Below the pieces are notes generated by a model that was given only the letters and a program-made list of their open reading frames with translations, was not told the origin of the DNA and did not search any database. Shown here one piece after another: positions 39,281 through 49,113 of a stretch of DNA of 64,000 nt (positions within the stretch are counted from its first letter, which is position 1; each line of letters starts with the position of its first letter). The stretch comes from Bacteroidales bacterium (GTDB lineage Bacteria; Bacteroidota; Bacteroidia; Bacteroidales; UBA7960): the NCBI GenBank assembly GCA_007129255.1, contig SKVW01000053.1:306-64305 (forward strand), written 5' to 3'. A program made the translations under genes and the position numbers.

Positions 39281-39293
39281 AAAATATCTGGTA

Positions 39294-39977
39294 ATGAAAC
39301 TTCACGATTTGCTAAAAAAGCGCCGGTCTCAGTATTATCCAATGTTTAAGCCAGACCTGGAAAAGGACAATACGTTTATTCTGGATTTTTCAGGCCGTAA
39401 TAAGGATTTGGATGCTTTGTCGTTTTCTGACACCTTGCTGCTTGATAAATATGTTTTTGGTAAACTCACCGGTAATGGGGCGATATACGGATATGGTGGA
39501 TATATGGAGGATCGGGAGGTTTACAGAAGGAGCCCTTTGTTTGCCGGCTCACAGGAAAAAGCACGCAGTGTTCACCTCGGGATTGATGTATGGAGCGAAA
39601 AAGGGAAAGAAATATTCCTTCCTTTGAATGGCAGGGTGCACGGCTTTCAGAACAACAAACAATTCGGGGATTATGGACCGACCATTATTATGGAGCACCA
39701 GCTCGAGGATGTTGTTTTCTATACACTATATGGTCACCTTGATCTGGACTCGTTAAACGGATTGAAGATTGGAATGCCTTTTAAGGCCGGAGATTTGTTA
39801 GGCAGAGTTGGCAGTTTTCCTGTTAACGGGGACTGGCCCCCTCACCTCCATTTTCAAATCATCGGGGATTTAATGGGAAATAAAGGAGATTTTCCCGGGG
39901 TTTGCCTGCAGGAGGAAAAAGAATATTACCGCAAAATCTGCCCTGATCCTGGCATCTTTTTCCCGAAATTAAGCTGA
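39294..39977 (+). CDS. M23-family metallopeptidase
   Basis: Contains HLGIDVW (HxxxD) and PPHLHFQI (HxH). The ATG at 39294 lies just after the uvrB stop; the longer ORF from 39204 overlaps uvrB. Confidence 0.8.
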   Translation: MKLHDLLKKRRSQYYPMFKPDLEKDNTFILDFSGRNKDLDALSFSDTLLLDKYVFGKLTGNGAIYGYGGYMEDREVYRRSPLFAGSQEKARSVHLGIDVWSEKGKEIFLPLNGRVHGFQNNKQFGDYGPTIIMEHQLEDVVFYTLYGHLDLDSLNGLKIGMPFKAGDLLGRVGSFPVNGDWPPHLHFQIIGDLMGNKGDFPGVCLQEEKEYYRKICPDPGIFFPKLS

Positions 39978-40008
39978 ATATTTAGGCTGAGGGATTTAAA
40001 AAAATACC

Positions 40009-40016
40009 TATTTTTG
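40009..40016 (+). promoter_or_regulatory. -7 box TAttTTTG upstream of the alpha-oxoamine synthase gene
   Basis: Exact TATTTTTG lies 40 nt upstream of the ATG at 40056. Confidence 0.3.
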
Positions 40017-40055
40017 CCGCCAAAGCCACTGTTTCTGATTTTTGGCTATCAATGA

Positions 40056-41348
40056 ATGTCAACCATAAGATTTTTATCGAAGAAAAAAAAGTTAGCTGTG
40101 GACGTATTTAAAAAAACGACAAATAATATGGGCCCTTTGGGCCAATACGCAAGCCAGGTTCATGGTTACTGGACCTTTCCCAAGCTGGAAGGTGAGATAT
40201 CTACCCGTATGAAGTTTCGGGGAAAAGAAAAACTGGTTTGGAGTTTAAATAATTACCTTGGTCTGGCCAACCATCCCGAAGTACGTAAGGCTGATGCAGA
40301 GGCTTCTGCCCAATTCGGGTTAGCCCTTCCAATGGGTGCCCGCATGATGTCCGGCCAAACCGATCTTCATGAAAAACTCGAACAGGAGCTGGCAGATTTT
40401 GTTGGGAAAGAATCGGCTTATTTGCTCAATTACGGTTACCAGGGAATGGTATCCATCATTGATTCACTGGTTGACCGCAAGGATGTAATTGTTTATGACT
40501 CGGAATCGCATGCATGCATCATCGACGGGGTGCGCCTTCACATGGGCAAACGGTTCGTTTATCCGCATAACAACATAGAAAATCTGCGCAAGCAATTGGA
40601 GCGGGCCACCAAAATGTGTAAAGAAACAGGAGGTGGAATCCTGGTAATTACTGAAGGCGTTTTTGGCATGTCAGGCGATCTGGGCAAGCTGGATAAAATA
40701 GCCGCCCTCAAAAAGGAATTTTCTTTCAGGCTGTTGGTAGACGATGCTCATGGTTTTGGAACCATGGGAAATACTGGAGCCGGTGTTGGAGAGTACCTTG
40801 GCGTGCAGGATGAGATTGACGTGTATTTCGGAACTTTCGCCAAATCGGTAGCTTCCATAGGAGCATTTGTTGCTGCGCCCAGAGAAGTGATCGTCTACCT
40901 GATGTACAACATGCGCAGCCAGATCTTTGCCAAATCTCTGCCCATGGCTTTGGTTGTGGGTGCCCTGAAAAGGCTGGAACTGATCCGCAATCATCCTGAA
41001 TTGCGTGACCAGCTCTGGACGATCGCCAATGCATTGCAGAAAGGACTCAAAGACAGAGGATTTAATATTGGGAATACCCAGTCTCCCGTTACCCCGGTAT
41101 TTTTAAATGGCGGTCCCCAGGAAGGCGCCAACCTTGCACACGACCTTAGGGAGAATTTCAATATTTTCTGTTCTGTAGTGACTTACCCGGTTGTTCCCAA
41201 AGGCGTTATCATTATCAGGCTTATTCCTACGGCCATTCACACCCTTGAAGATGTGAACTATTCCCTGGAAGCTTTTTCGAAAATTAAAGCAAAGCTGGAT
41301 GCAGGTGAATATGCCAGTGGAAAGTTTGTTGATGTGAAGACTTCCTGA
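40056..41348 (+). CDS. Alpha-oxoamine synthase family PLP enzyme (BioF/Kbl/serine-palmitoyltransferase-like)
   Basis: Contains NNYLGLANHPEV, LLVDDAHGFG, and the PLP-lysine context GTFAKSVASIGAF. Substrate specificity cannot be read from sequence. The true start could be the internal Met at 40128. Confidence 0.8.
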   Translation: MSTIRFLSKKKKLAVDVFKKTTNNMGPLGQYASQVHGYWTFPKLEGEISTRMKFRGKEKLVWSLNNYLGLANHPEVRKADAEASAQFGLALPMGARMMSGQTDLHEKLEQELADFVGKESAYLLNYGYQGMVSIIDSLVDRKDVIVYDSESHACIIDGVRLHMGKRFVYPHNNIENLRKQLERATKMCKETGGGILVITEGVFGMSGDLGKLDKIAALKKEFSFRLLVDDAHGFGTMGNTGAGVGEYLGVQDEIDVYFGTFAKSVASIGAFVAAPREVIVYLMYNMRSQIFAKSLPMALVVGALKRLELIRNHPELRDQLWTIANALQKGLKDRGFNIGNTQSPVTPVFLNGGPQEGANLAHDLRENFNIFCSVVTYPVVPKGVIIIRLIPTAIHTLEDVNYSLEAFSKIKAKLDAGEYASGKFVDVKTS

Positions 41349-41371
41349 TAGGAGAAAATACTATGATGAAG

Positions 41372-41409
41372 ACCGGGTAGTTTTTTAAAGTGAAGCTATC
41401 CGGTTTTTT
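41372..41409 (+). terminator. Rho-independent terminator
   Basis: Stem ACCGGGTAG / CTATCCGGT with one G-U pair, followed by a T6 run. Confidence 0.55.
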
Positions 41410-41797
41410 ATATCAGCCCGTCCAGATCTTTTTCAAGATCCCTTATACAACTGTTTATTAAGGGCAAGCCTTTGGAAGCATCGGAAAGGTCGTTATTTCT
41501 GGCCTGAATATAAAGATAATTGGAAAGTTCATGCAGGCGGGAAGCACCAATGGTGCCGGCAAGGCCCTTAAGGGTATGCAAAAACTCGGTGTATGATTTT
41601 TCATCCTGATTAGCAACAGCAGCCTCCATGTTTTCGGTAAGTTCGCGGGCATCTTCAAAAAATGAAGCAAAAATCTCCTGCAAAACTGCGGGCTGGCTTT
41701 GGGTTTGCTTTTGAAGAGTGGTAAGGGTATCTCTGTTAATAACCGGTAATTGCCTTAAATCGTCCAGAAAAATATCGAAAGGTTCATTTTTCGTCAT
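41408..41797 (-). CDS. Stand-alone Hpt (histidine phosphotransfer) domain protein
   Basis: 129 aa with the Hpt signature FLHTLKGLAGTIGASRL and the phosphorylatable His intact. Confidence 0.8.
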   Translation of the reverse strand: MTKNEPFDIFLDDLRQLPVINRDTLTTLQKQTQSQPAVLQEIFASFFEDARELTENMEAAVANQDEKSYTEFLHTLKGLAGTIGASRLHELSNYLYIQARNNDLSDASKGLPLINSCIRDLEKDLDGLI

Positions 41798-42842
41798 ATT
41801 GCTTTTGTTTTTTGTACACTTCTTCTAATTTTTTTCCGGCTTCTTCAAGGGCTTTTTCCATTATTTTTACTTCAATGACCTGCCCGAGTTTCTCAGCGAT
41901 ATTTTTGATAAGGATCTTTTCATTAATGTGAAACGGGTCCTTTTTTATAATTGGTTTTTCTTCCAGGTAGCCCACGCGTATGTATCCAAGTTTTTGTTTT
42001 TTGGCTTTTATGGGAGAGGTATAGGTCCATTTGGTTTCCCGGAAATTTTTCGTGGCATACCGCTTTTTCTGATACACTATTTCCACCCAGGTATCATGCG
42101 AGTATTTAAGGCCGTAAGGAATGATATCCAGGGTGCGTTTCAATATCCCTTCAAAAGTAATACCCGGCACTCCGGTAATATCAGAAATATCAAAAAGGCA
42201 ATTTAGCTGTTTGATTTTCTGGTTCAGGGAAGAGGTGAGTTTATAAAGTTTTTCTTCTGCGTTTTTTTTATCCGTAATATCCGATAGTACCATAATGGCC
42301 CCGGACGTTTCTTCCTTATTTTTCCTGGGATAGCTTATGCTCAGGCTGGCCCAGATGGTTTCACCATCTCCCCTGCCAAGCTGAACTTCTTCTTTATGGG
42401 GCAACCCGCCTGGGTTTTGCCGGTCAAACCCCAGGTTTTGTCGGTCTTCGGCAGCCAAAACAAAATCCAAAAATGATTTTCCGTAAATATTTTCCCTGTG
42501 ATGACCTAAAATATTACAGGCGGTGGTATTGGCAAAAACGATTTGATTGTTTTCGTTGGTGAGTATCAGCCCTTCATTCATATTGGCAATCAACTTATGA
42601 TACCTTTCCTCGCTATGCTTCAGGGCATCATGGGTTTGATCTTTCTCACGTAAAAAGCGCTCAAGGATCTTGAGGTATTTCTTTTTTTCCTGGTTGCGCT
42701 GGTAAATGATCAGCAAAATGGTGCCAAACCATAAAAGCAGGATGCCGAATATGATCAGCAGGAAATTACTGGCAGAAATAGCTATCTGGGAAATAATACC
42801 TGTTATCATAATAGGCAGGATAAGGAAAAAAACAAGCACCAA
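41784..42842 (-). CDS. Membrane-anchored PAS plus GAF-like sensor protein lacking any transmitter domain
   Basis: Two N-terminal TM helices and a PAS S-box (ERYHKLIANMNEGLILT...VLSDITDKK). The C-terminal ~130 aa are GAF-like (LFDISDIT...GYIRVGYLEE...INEKILIKNIAEKL). I found no H-box or ATPase motifs. Confidence 0.75.
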   Translation of the reverse strand: MVLVFFLILPIMITGIISQIAISASNFLLIIFGILLLWFGTILLIIYQRNQEKKKYLKILERFLREKDQTHDALKHSEERYHKLIANMNEGLILTNENNQIVFANTTACNILGHHRENIYGKSFLDFVLAAEDRQNLGFDRQNPGGLPHKEEVQLGRGDGETIWASLSISYPRKNKEETSGAIMVLSDITDKKNAEEKLYKLTSSLNQKIKQLNCLFDISDITGVPGITFEGILKRTLDIIPYGLKYSHDTWVEIVYQKKRYATKNFRETKWTYTSPIKAKKQKLGYIRVGYLEEKPIIKKDPFHINEKILIKNIAEKLGQVIEVKIMEKALEEAGKKLEEVYKKQKQYDEK

Positions 42843-42932
42843 AAAAAAATTTCAAAAGATTGCCAGCAGCGTGCAGGCATTAAATTACAGAATGTTAAAA
42901 TTAAGAAAAACAGATGCGAATAGCCAATAATT

Positions 42933-43907
42933 TTAGAATAATTTGGACCTTTTAATCAAAAAAGACAGCAGTACCTGCTCATAGCCCTGATTGATATCTG
43001 CAGGCACAAAATCAATGTGGTATTGCATGCATTTAAGTTTTATTTGTTTAAAGTAATCATTCATATCTTTAATGTATTTATCCTTAACATCCTGGGGGTT
43101 TAGTTTTACTTCCTTCCCGGTTTCCAAATCAACAAACTTCAGGGGTCTGTTTTGATAGGAAAAGTCCAGTTCCCTTGTTTTTTCATAAACATGAAAAAGG
43201 ATCACTTCATGTTTGTTGTGCTTCAGATGCTGCAGGGCTGAGAATAATTCGTCCGGGCTGGCATTGTTTTCCAGCATATCGGAAAAGATAATCACCAGGG
43301 AGCGTTTATGAATATTTTCTGCTAGCAGGTGCAGCAGTTCTGCTGTATTGGAAGTTTTGTTAAGGCTTTGGTTTTGTTTATGATGCAATCTTTCCAGGTG
43401 TGAAAACAGCATGCGCTGGTGCACGGAACTGGATTTTGCGGGGGTATGCAATTCGGTATCTTCGGCAATGATGCTCAGGCCAACTGCATCTCTTTGCCTG
43501 TGCAATAAATAAGAGAGGGCTGCTGCACATTCCACGGCGAAAGAAATTTTGGAAGGTTGATCTCCGCTTTGCCCGAATGCGGGGAAATACATTGAAGAAG
43601 AGTTGTCGATAACTAACTGACATCTCAGGTTGGTTTCTTCTTCAAAACGTTTTACAAAAAGTTTTTCTGTGCGGGCATATAGTTTCCAGTCAATGTGACG
43701 GGTACTTTCGCCGGGATTGTAAATGCGGTGTTCTGCGAATTCAACTGAAAACCCGTGAAAAGGGCTTTTGTGAAGCCCGGTAATAAAGCCCTCTACAACT
43801 TGACGCGCAAGCAGCTCAAGGTTTCCAAAACGTCTGGGTACTTCAGGGTCAATTTTTTTTATCACTATACGGATATTTAAAAGGGGTGTCTGTTTGCATC
43901 CGGACAC
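42933..43907 (-). CDS. DUF58 domain protein (second, orphan copy)
   Basis: Contains FAEHRIYNPGESTRHIDWKLYART and the MIDAS-like VIDNSSSM. No adjacent MoxR gene. Confidence 0.85.
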   Translation of the reverse strand: MSGCKQTPLLNIRIVIKKIDPEVPRRFGNLELLARQVVEGFITGLHKSPFHGFSVEFAEHRIYNPGESTRHIDWKLYARTEKLFVKRFEEETNLRCQLVIDNSSSMYFPAFGQSGDQPSKISFAVECAAALSYLLHRQRDAVGLSIIAEDTELHTPAKSSSVHQRMLFSHLERLHHKQNQSLNKTSNTAELLHLLAENIHKRSLVIIFSDMLENNASPDELFSALQHLKHNKHEVILFHVYEKTRELDFSYQNRPLKFVDLETGKEVKLNPQDVKDKYIKDMNDYFKQIKLKCMQYHIDFVPADINQGYEQVLLSFLIKRSKLF

Positions 43908-43936
43908 CCCTGAATATTCTTCAAAGAAAAAAAGCG

Positions 43937-44254
43937 TTACAACAAACTTTCAATTTTTCCTGCAAGAACTGATTTGGGCACAGCCCCAACTTGTTTGTCA
44001 GCGATTTCACCGTTTTTAAAAAACAGGATGGTGGGAATATTCCTGATCCCGTAACGGGAAGCCACCTCGGGGTTGTTGTCCACGTCAAGTTTTCCAACTA
44101 CTGCCTTGCCTTCATATTCTTTTGAAATTTCCTGTACAATGGGGGCCACCATGCGGCAAGGTCCGCACCATTCTGCCCAGAAATCAACCAAAACCGGTTT
44201 GTCGGACTTCAATACCACCTCATCAAAATTGGAATCTGTTAATTCAAGTGCCAT
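43937..44254 (-). CDS. trxA: Thioredoxin
   Basis: 105 aa with the WAEWCGPCR active site. Confidence 0.95.
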   Translation of the reverse strand: MALELTDSNFDEVVLKSDKPVLVDFWAEWCGPCRMVAPIVQEISKEYEGKAVVGKLDVDNNPEVASRYGIRNIPTILFFKNGEIADKQVGAVPKSVLAGKIESLL

Positions 44255-44335
44255 AGCTTTTATTTTTTATAAAAAATGATTTCTGTTACTGCAAATATAA
44301 ATTTTTCTATACAAAATTTGTAGTTTTATTTACGG

Positions 44336-47300
44336 TTAGTTTAAACGGTAACTGAACTGATATTGTTTAAGCATGTCGTTGAGAAAGCCAATAGGCTCAA
44401 CTTTAATTTTTCGTGAAAGCATGTCAACCGAAAGATTTTCCACGGGGTCTACAATGGAAACCTTTAAGCGGGATTTTCCTTTGTGCTTTTTGGCATATTC
44501 CAGCATTTTTTCGGTAAGGTCATCGCTTACATCGCTAACGGGTAAAAACAACACCAGTTCTTTAAGTTCTTTTTCTGCCAGGTCGTTGAGCAGGCTGATG
44601 CTTTTTAGTCTGACCTCAATCTGGTTGGGGTTGTATTTGTTTGTGGTCACCTTTGCTTTAACGTAAATGAAATTTTGCTCCACCAAAAAATGTTTCATTT
44701 TCAGGTATTCCTCAGAGAAAAGGAAAAGCTGATGGGATTCGGTATAGTCTTCTATAACAAAAGTTCCATAGGGCTTACCGGTTTTGGTGTATTTATGTGC
44801 CGCAGAAGTGATGATGCCGGCGAAGGAAATTTCCCTGTTTTTCAAAGCCTGCAGGTTCTTAAGGTCTCCAATGCCAACATTGCAAAAGTTCTGGATCTGG
44901 ATTTTAAAATCATCCAGGGGATGGCCGGAAATATACATCCCTGTGACTTCTTTTTCCTGCCTGAGGGTTTCCAGCTTATCCCAATGAGGGCAATCCGGAA
45001 GATCGGGATCCGGCAGGGTTACTTCCGAACTGTCGTCAAAAAGATTCATCTGGGAGGTATTCTCACGCATGATGATTTGCTGGGTATGCCGTATAATTCG
45101 ATCGATGAAGCTGGTGGTGCCGTTATCATCCGAATAGAAAAACTGTGCCCTGTGGCAGCCTTCGAAGCAGTCGAAGGCACCGGCCCTGGCAAGTGACTCA
45201 AAAACCCTTTTGTTAACCGCCCGCAGGTTGACCCTTTTGGTGAAGTCAAAAATATTTTTGAAAGGTCCGTTGGTTTCCACTTCGGTAACAATGTTTTCCA
45301 CAGCTCCCTCCCCTACTCCTTTTATAGCACCAAGCCCAAAACGGATCTCACCCTTGTCGTTTACCACAAAATTGAATTTACTTTCATTGACATTCGGCCC
45401 CAGGACAGGGATCTGCTGGCGCTGGCATTCCTCCATCATGAAGGTGATCTTTTTAATGTCACTGAAGTTGTGGGTGAGCACAGCCGCCATGTATTCAGCG
45501 GTGTAATTGGCTTTAAGGTATGCGGTGCGGTAAGCAACGACCGAATAAGCGGCCGAATGTGAACGGTTAAACCCGTATTCGGCAAACCGAGCCATCACGT
45601 CAAATATTTTTTCGGCATTTTCCTGATTAACTCCTTTCTTATGGGCTCCTTCCACAAAAAAAACCTTTTGGCGCTCCATCTCCTCCATTTTCTTCTTACC
45701 CATAGCCCTTCTCAGGATATCCGCGCTGGCCAGCGAAAAGCCTGCCATGATCTGGGCAGCCTGCATGATCTGCTCCTGGTAAACCATAATTCCGAAGGTG
45801 GGTTTCAGGATGTCTTCCAGCCAGGGATGGGGGTATTCAGTTTTCTGTCGTCCGTGCTTGCGGTTGATGAACAAGGGTATAAACTCCATGGGCCCGGGGC
45901 GGTAAAGGGCGTTCATGGCAATCAGGTCCTCAATGTTGTTGGGCTTTAGCTCTTTAAGGTACTCCCGCATACCCTGGGACTCAAACTGGAAAGTGCCGAT
46001 TGTTTCACCGCGCTGGTATAGTGCATAGGTATTTTCATCATCCAAGGGAACGTTTTCAATATCAATTTTGCTGCCATAACGGCGTTCAATGTTTTTCAGG
46101 GCCTCTTTGATAATGGAAAGGGTTTTTAATCCCAGGAAGTCCATTTTGAGCATGCCCACCGATTCCACATATTTCCCGTCATATTGGGTTACGGGGAGGT
46201 CGGTATCTTTCTGGGTACTCAAAGGAAGGCATTCCTCAAGGTCTTTGGGGCCGATGATCACTCCGCAGGCATGCACCCCGGTTTGCCGGTTGGAGCCTTC
46301 AAGTATTTTGGCAAACTTAAGGGTCTGGCTTATCAGTGGGTTGGGGTCGTTCAGTGCTTTGGCCAGATCGGGTATTTCTTTGTAAGCTTTTTCCAGGGTG
46401 GTGCCGGGCCTTTCGGGCACCAGTTTGGCCAGGCGGTCGGCTTCGGGCAAAGGGAGCTTAAGCACCCTTGCCACATCGCGTATGGATGATTTGGCAGCCA
46501 TGGTTCCAAAAGTCACAATCTGGGCCACTTTTTCCCGCCCGTATTTTTGGATCACGTATTCCATGACTTTTTCCCGTCCGTCGTCGTCAAAATCAATATC
46601 GATATCGGGCATGGACACCCTTTCCGGGTTGAGGAAACGCTCAAAAAGCAGGTTGTATTTAATGGGGTCGATGGCGGTGATTCCCGTACAATAAGCCACG
46701 GCAGAGCCGGCCGCACTGCCCCTTCCGGGTCCAACGGCCACATCCATTTCCCTGGCTTTGTAGATAAAGTCTTGCACAATAAGGAAGTAACCTGCAAAAC
46801 CCATCTCCCTGATTACCTTCAATTCAAAATCCAGCCGTTCACAAATAGGTTTGGTAATCTCGGGATATAATTTTTTGGCACCTTCATAGGTGAGGTGACG
46901 CAAATAATCATCTTCGGTTTCAAAACCTTCCTCAAGCGGAAAAACCGGCAGAAGTACCTTGTTGGTGGTAATTTCAAAGTCTTCAATTTTACCGGCTATT
47001 TCATTGGTGTTTTCAATGGCTTCGGGCACATCATGAAAAAGCTCGGCCATTTCCTGCCGGGTTTTGAAATACTCCTGTCCGGTGTATTTCATACGGGTTT
47101 CATCGTCCAGGTCTTTCCCCGTTTGAAGACAGATCAGGATTTCGTGGGCTTTGGCATCTTCGGCATTGATATAATGACAGTCGTTGGTGGCGATGATTTT
47201 TACATTGTGTTTGCGGGCCATCTCAATCAACACCTGGTTTACGGGTTCTTGTTCTTCAAGCCCGTGGCGCTGAAGCTCCAGGTAAAAGTCCTCTCCAAAA

Positions 47301-47800
47301 ATTTCCAGGTATCCCAAAAGGATACTTTCGGCTTTTTCAACGCCTTTTTCCATGATTGCCTGCGGTATTTCACCTCCCAGGCAAGCCGAAGAAGCAATAA
47401 GCCCTTGATGGTAAGTCTTTAAAAGCTCCTTATCAATTCTTGGGGTATAGTAAAAACCTTCGAGATAGCCTTTGGATACCAGGCGGGAAAGATTTTTATA
47501 TCCGTTAAGGTTTTTGGCAAGCAGTATCATATGAAAACCGCTTCGGTCCTCCCTCCCCTTTTTTTCAGTGCGACTGCCTTCCGCAACATAAACTTCACAG
47601 CCAATAATGGGTTTAATTCCTAATCGGCAGGCGGTTTGTGTAAACTCAAGCACTCCATACATATTGCCATGGTCGGTAATGGCAACTGCTTTCATGCCGT
47701 CATCGGCTGCTTTTTGCAAAAGTGGGGTGATGGATGAAGCTCCATCCAAAATAGAAAACTGCGTATGTAAGTGTAAATGAGTAAACTGTGGTACGGCCAT
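44336..47800 (-). CDS. dnaE: DNA polymerase III subunit alpha
   Basis: PHP domain FTHLHLHTQFSILDGA. Conserved blocks across the full length read as the polymerase core and an OB-fold region. I chose the start at 47800 (MAVPQF...) over the 15-codon extension. Confidence 0.95.
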   Translation of the reverse strand: MAVPQFTHLHLHTQFSILDGASSITPLLQKAADDGMKAVAITDHGNMYGVLEFTQTACRLGIKPIIGCEVYVAEGSRTEKKGREDRSGFHMILLAKNLNGYKNLSRLVSKGYLEGFYYTPRIDKELLKTYHQGLIASSACLGGEIPQAIMEKGVEKAESILLGYLEIFGEDFYLELQRHGLEEQEPVNQVLIEMARKHNVKIIATNDCHYINAEDAKAHEILICLQTGKDLDDETRMKYTGQEYFKTRQEMAELFHDVPEAIENTNEIAGKIEDFEITTNKVLLPVFPLEEGFETEDDYLRHLTYEGAKKLYPEITKPICERLDFELKVIREMGFAGYFLIVQDFIYKAREMDVAVGPGRGSAAGSAVAYCTGITAIDPIKYNLLFERFLNPERVSMPDIDIDFDDDGREKVMEYVIQKYGREKVAQIVTFGTMAAKSSIRDVARVLKLPLPEADRLAKLVPERPGTTLEKAYKEIPDLAKALNDPNPLISQTLKFAKILEGSNRQTGVHACGVIIGPKDLEECLPLSTQKDTDLPVTQYDGKYVESVGMLKMDFLGLKTLSIIKEALKNIERRYGSKIDIENVPLDDENTYALYQRGETIGTFQFESQGMREYLKELKPNNIEDLIAMNALYRPGPMEFIPLFINRKHGRQKTEYPHPWLEDILKPTFGIMVYQEQIMQAAQIMAGFSLASADILRRAMGKKKMEEMERQKVFFVEGAHKKGVNQENAEKIFDVMARFAEYGFNRSHSAAYSVVAYRTAYLKANYTAEYMAAVLTHNFSDIKKITFMMEECQRQQIPVLGPNVNESKFNFVVNDKGEIRFGLGAIKGVGEGAVENIVTEVETNGPFKNIFDFTKRVNLRAVNKRVFESLARAGAFDCFEGCHRAQFFYSDDNGTTSFIDRIIRHTQQIIMRENTSQMNLFDDSSEVTLPDPDLPDCPHWDKLETLRQEKEVTGMYISGHPLDDFKIQIQNFCNVGIGDLKNLQALKNREISFAGIITSAAHKYTKTGKPYGTFVIEDYTESHQLFLFSEEYLKMKHFLVEQNFIYVKAKVTTNKYNPNQIEVRLKSISLLNDLAEKELKELVLFLPVSDVSDDLTEKMLEYAKKHKGKSRLKVSIVDPVENLSVDMLSRKIKVEPIGFLNDMLKQYQFSYRLN

Positions 47801-48159
47801 TCTGATTTTTTTTGGGCAATAAAAATATACAAAAATTCCCGGCAATCAGATAGAAATTTTTTCACAATCTGTGGTATTTATCAACCTTTATTCCGGTTCA
47901 GTTTACAGTCAGAGATTTGGATTTTTAGCTTTCCCGAATTCAGCTTAAATTATACCCATCCCCTGTTTTGTTAAAATTTGTCAGCCGTGCATTGTTGCAT
48001 GAAATAAGATGAACATCCGGATGTGTTGTCAAATTGTTCAGTACCATCTTTTCAAAACCAATTGAAAAAGGAAAAAAATGCACCCGGTTTTCCAAAACCT
48101 TTTTTCATTCAAACAAAGTGGCTTCCCAAAAGTTGGTACCTCTGGGTAATATGAAAGAA

Positions 48160-48191
48160 TTTGCTTTTTGATCAAGAACTACCTATGTTTG
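48160..48191 (+). promoter_or_regulatory. Bacteroidota-type promoter (TTTG-N20-TAtgTTTG) for the orphan gene
   Basis: TTTG at 48160-48163, a 20-nt spacer, and TATGTTTG at 48184-48191. The ATG follows 40 nt downstream. Confidence 0.6.
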
Positions 48192-48230
48192 TTGGGTGTA
48201 AGATGACAAATAATTTACTGTTTTCATACT

Positions 48231-48836
48231 ATGAGTCGATTTATTGTTTTGGCTTTTTTGGTTTTGGTTGCAACCCCTACTTTTTCGCAGGTTGAAGGCA
48301 CTGGTAGTTTACCAGATTCTATACAGGAAAACCTCACATTTGAACTTGCCCAAATATGTGGTTTTGATCAAGGAATCAGAAATGAACATTTGATGAGAAA
48401 TTATCGTAAGGAATTGGCAAAACTGCTGCCAGTTATAGATTCGCTTAATTTGGATAGATTTATAGAAATTGTCAAACAATACGGTTATCCAACCGAAACG
48501 CTTTTAGGAAAGTACTACAGTCATGAATGTGTTCGAAGAGTGGGTTCTTATATTCTTTTACATAATTCACCACGATTGGTTGAAGCGGAAATTTATCATT
48601 TGTTCAGGAATGAAGTTTTGGAGGGCAGGTTGGATGCAGAATTTTTCGCACTGGCAATGGATAAATATTATGTATTATATGAAAAGAGGTCATTGCATAA
48701 CTCTCTGTTTAAAACAAGTAACAGATTACGGGTAAACGGTGTTTGTATTACCGATAAAGAATTGTCCGACAGCCTAAGACTAGACATTGGGCTTCCCCCA
48801 CTGGAAGAGCATGAGTTTATTTATGATAACCAATAA
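48231..48836 (+). CDS. Secreted hypothetical protein (AT-rich orphan gene)
   Basis: 201 aa with a signal peptide (LVLVATPTFSQ) and a helical body. It has its own consensus promoter. By eye it is more AT-rich than its neighbours. Confidence 0.65.
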   Translation: MSRFIVLAFLVLVATPTFSQVEGTGSLPDSIQENLTFELAQICGFDQGIRNEHLMRNYRKELAKLLPVIDSLNLDRFIEIVKQYGYPTETLLGKYYSHECVRRVGSYILLHNSPRLVEAEIYHLFRNEVLEGRLDAEFFALAMDKYYVLYEKRSLHNSLFKTSNRLRVNGVCITDKELSDSLRLDIGLPPLEEHEFIYDNQ

Positions 48837-49113
48837 AAATACCTTTTCCTATATGGGGATCCATAGATTTTTCTCTTACTGAAATCATAAACTGGCAGGG
48901 AAATATTATGATAATTCAAAAAAATCGGAAGTTATTAACCTTCCCAGGTTTCCCCTCAGATGATGTACAAATGGTAAATTAACTCATATTTAATAAAAAC
49001 TGTAGAAAGGGATTAAACCATTTAATACCAAATTGTTTTTTTATTTCAAAAAAAAGCAGGATATTTGCACCCCTGAAAAACAATCATTTTTTTACTTAAA
49101 AATTTAATTTACA

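Noticed and set aside
47801-47845. N-terminal extensions offered by the ORF track (dnaE 47845, DUF58 1526, amrB 22277, uvrB 37223, M23 39204, aspA 16518, DAACS 55502, lipoprotein 53387, DUF6580-like 31512)
   Set aside because: In each case a downstream ATG gives the family-typical N-terminus, avoids a long overlap with the upstream gene, or sits just after a consensus promoter. The extensions were not used.
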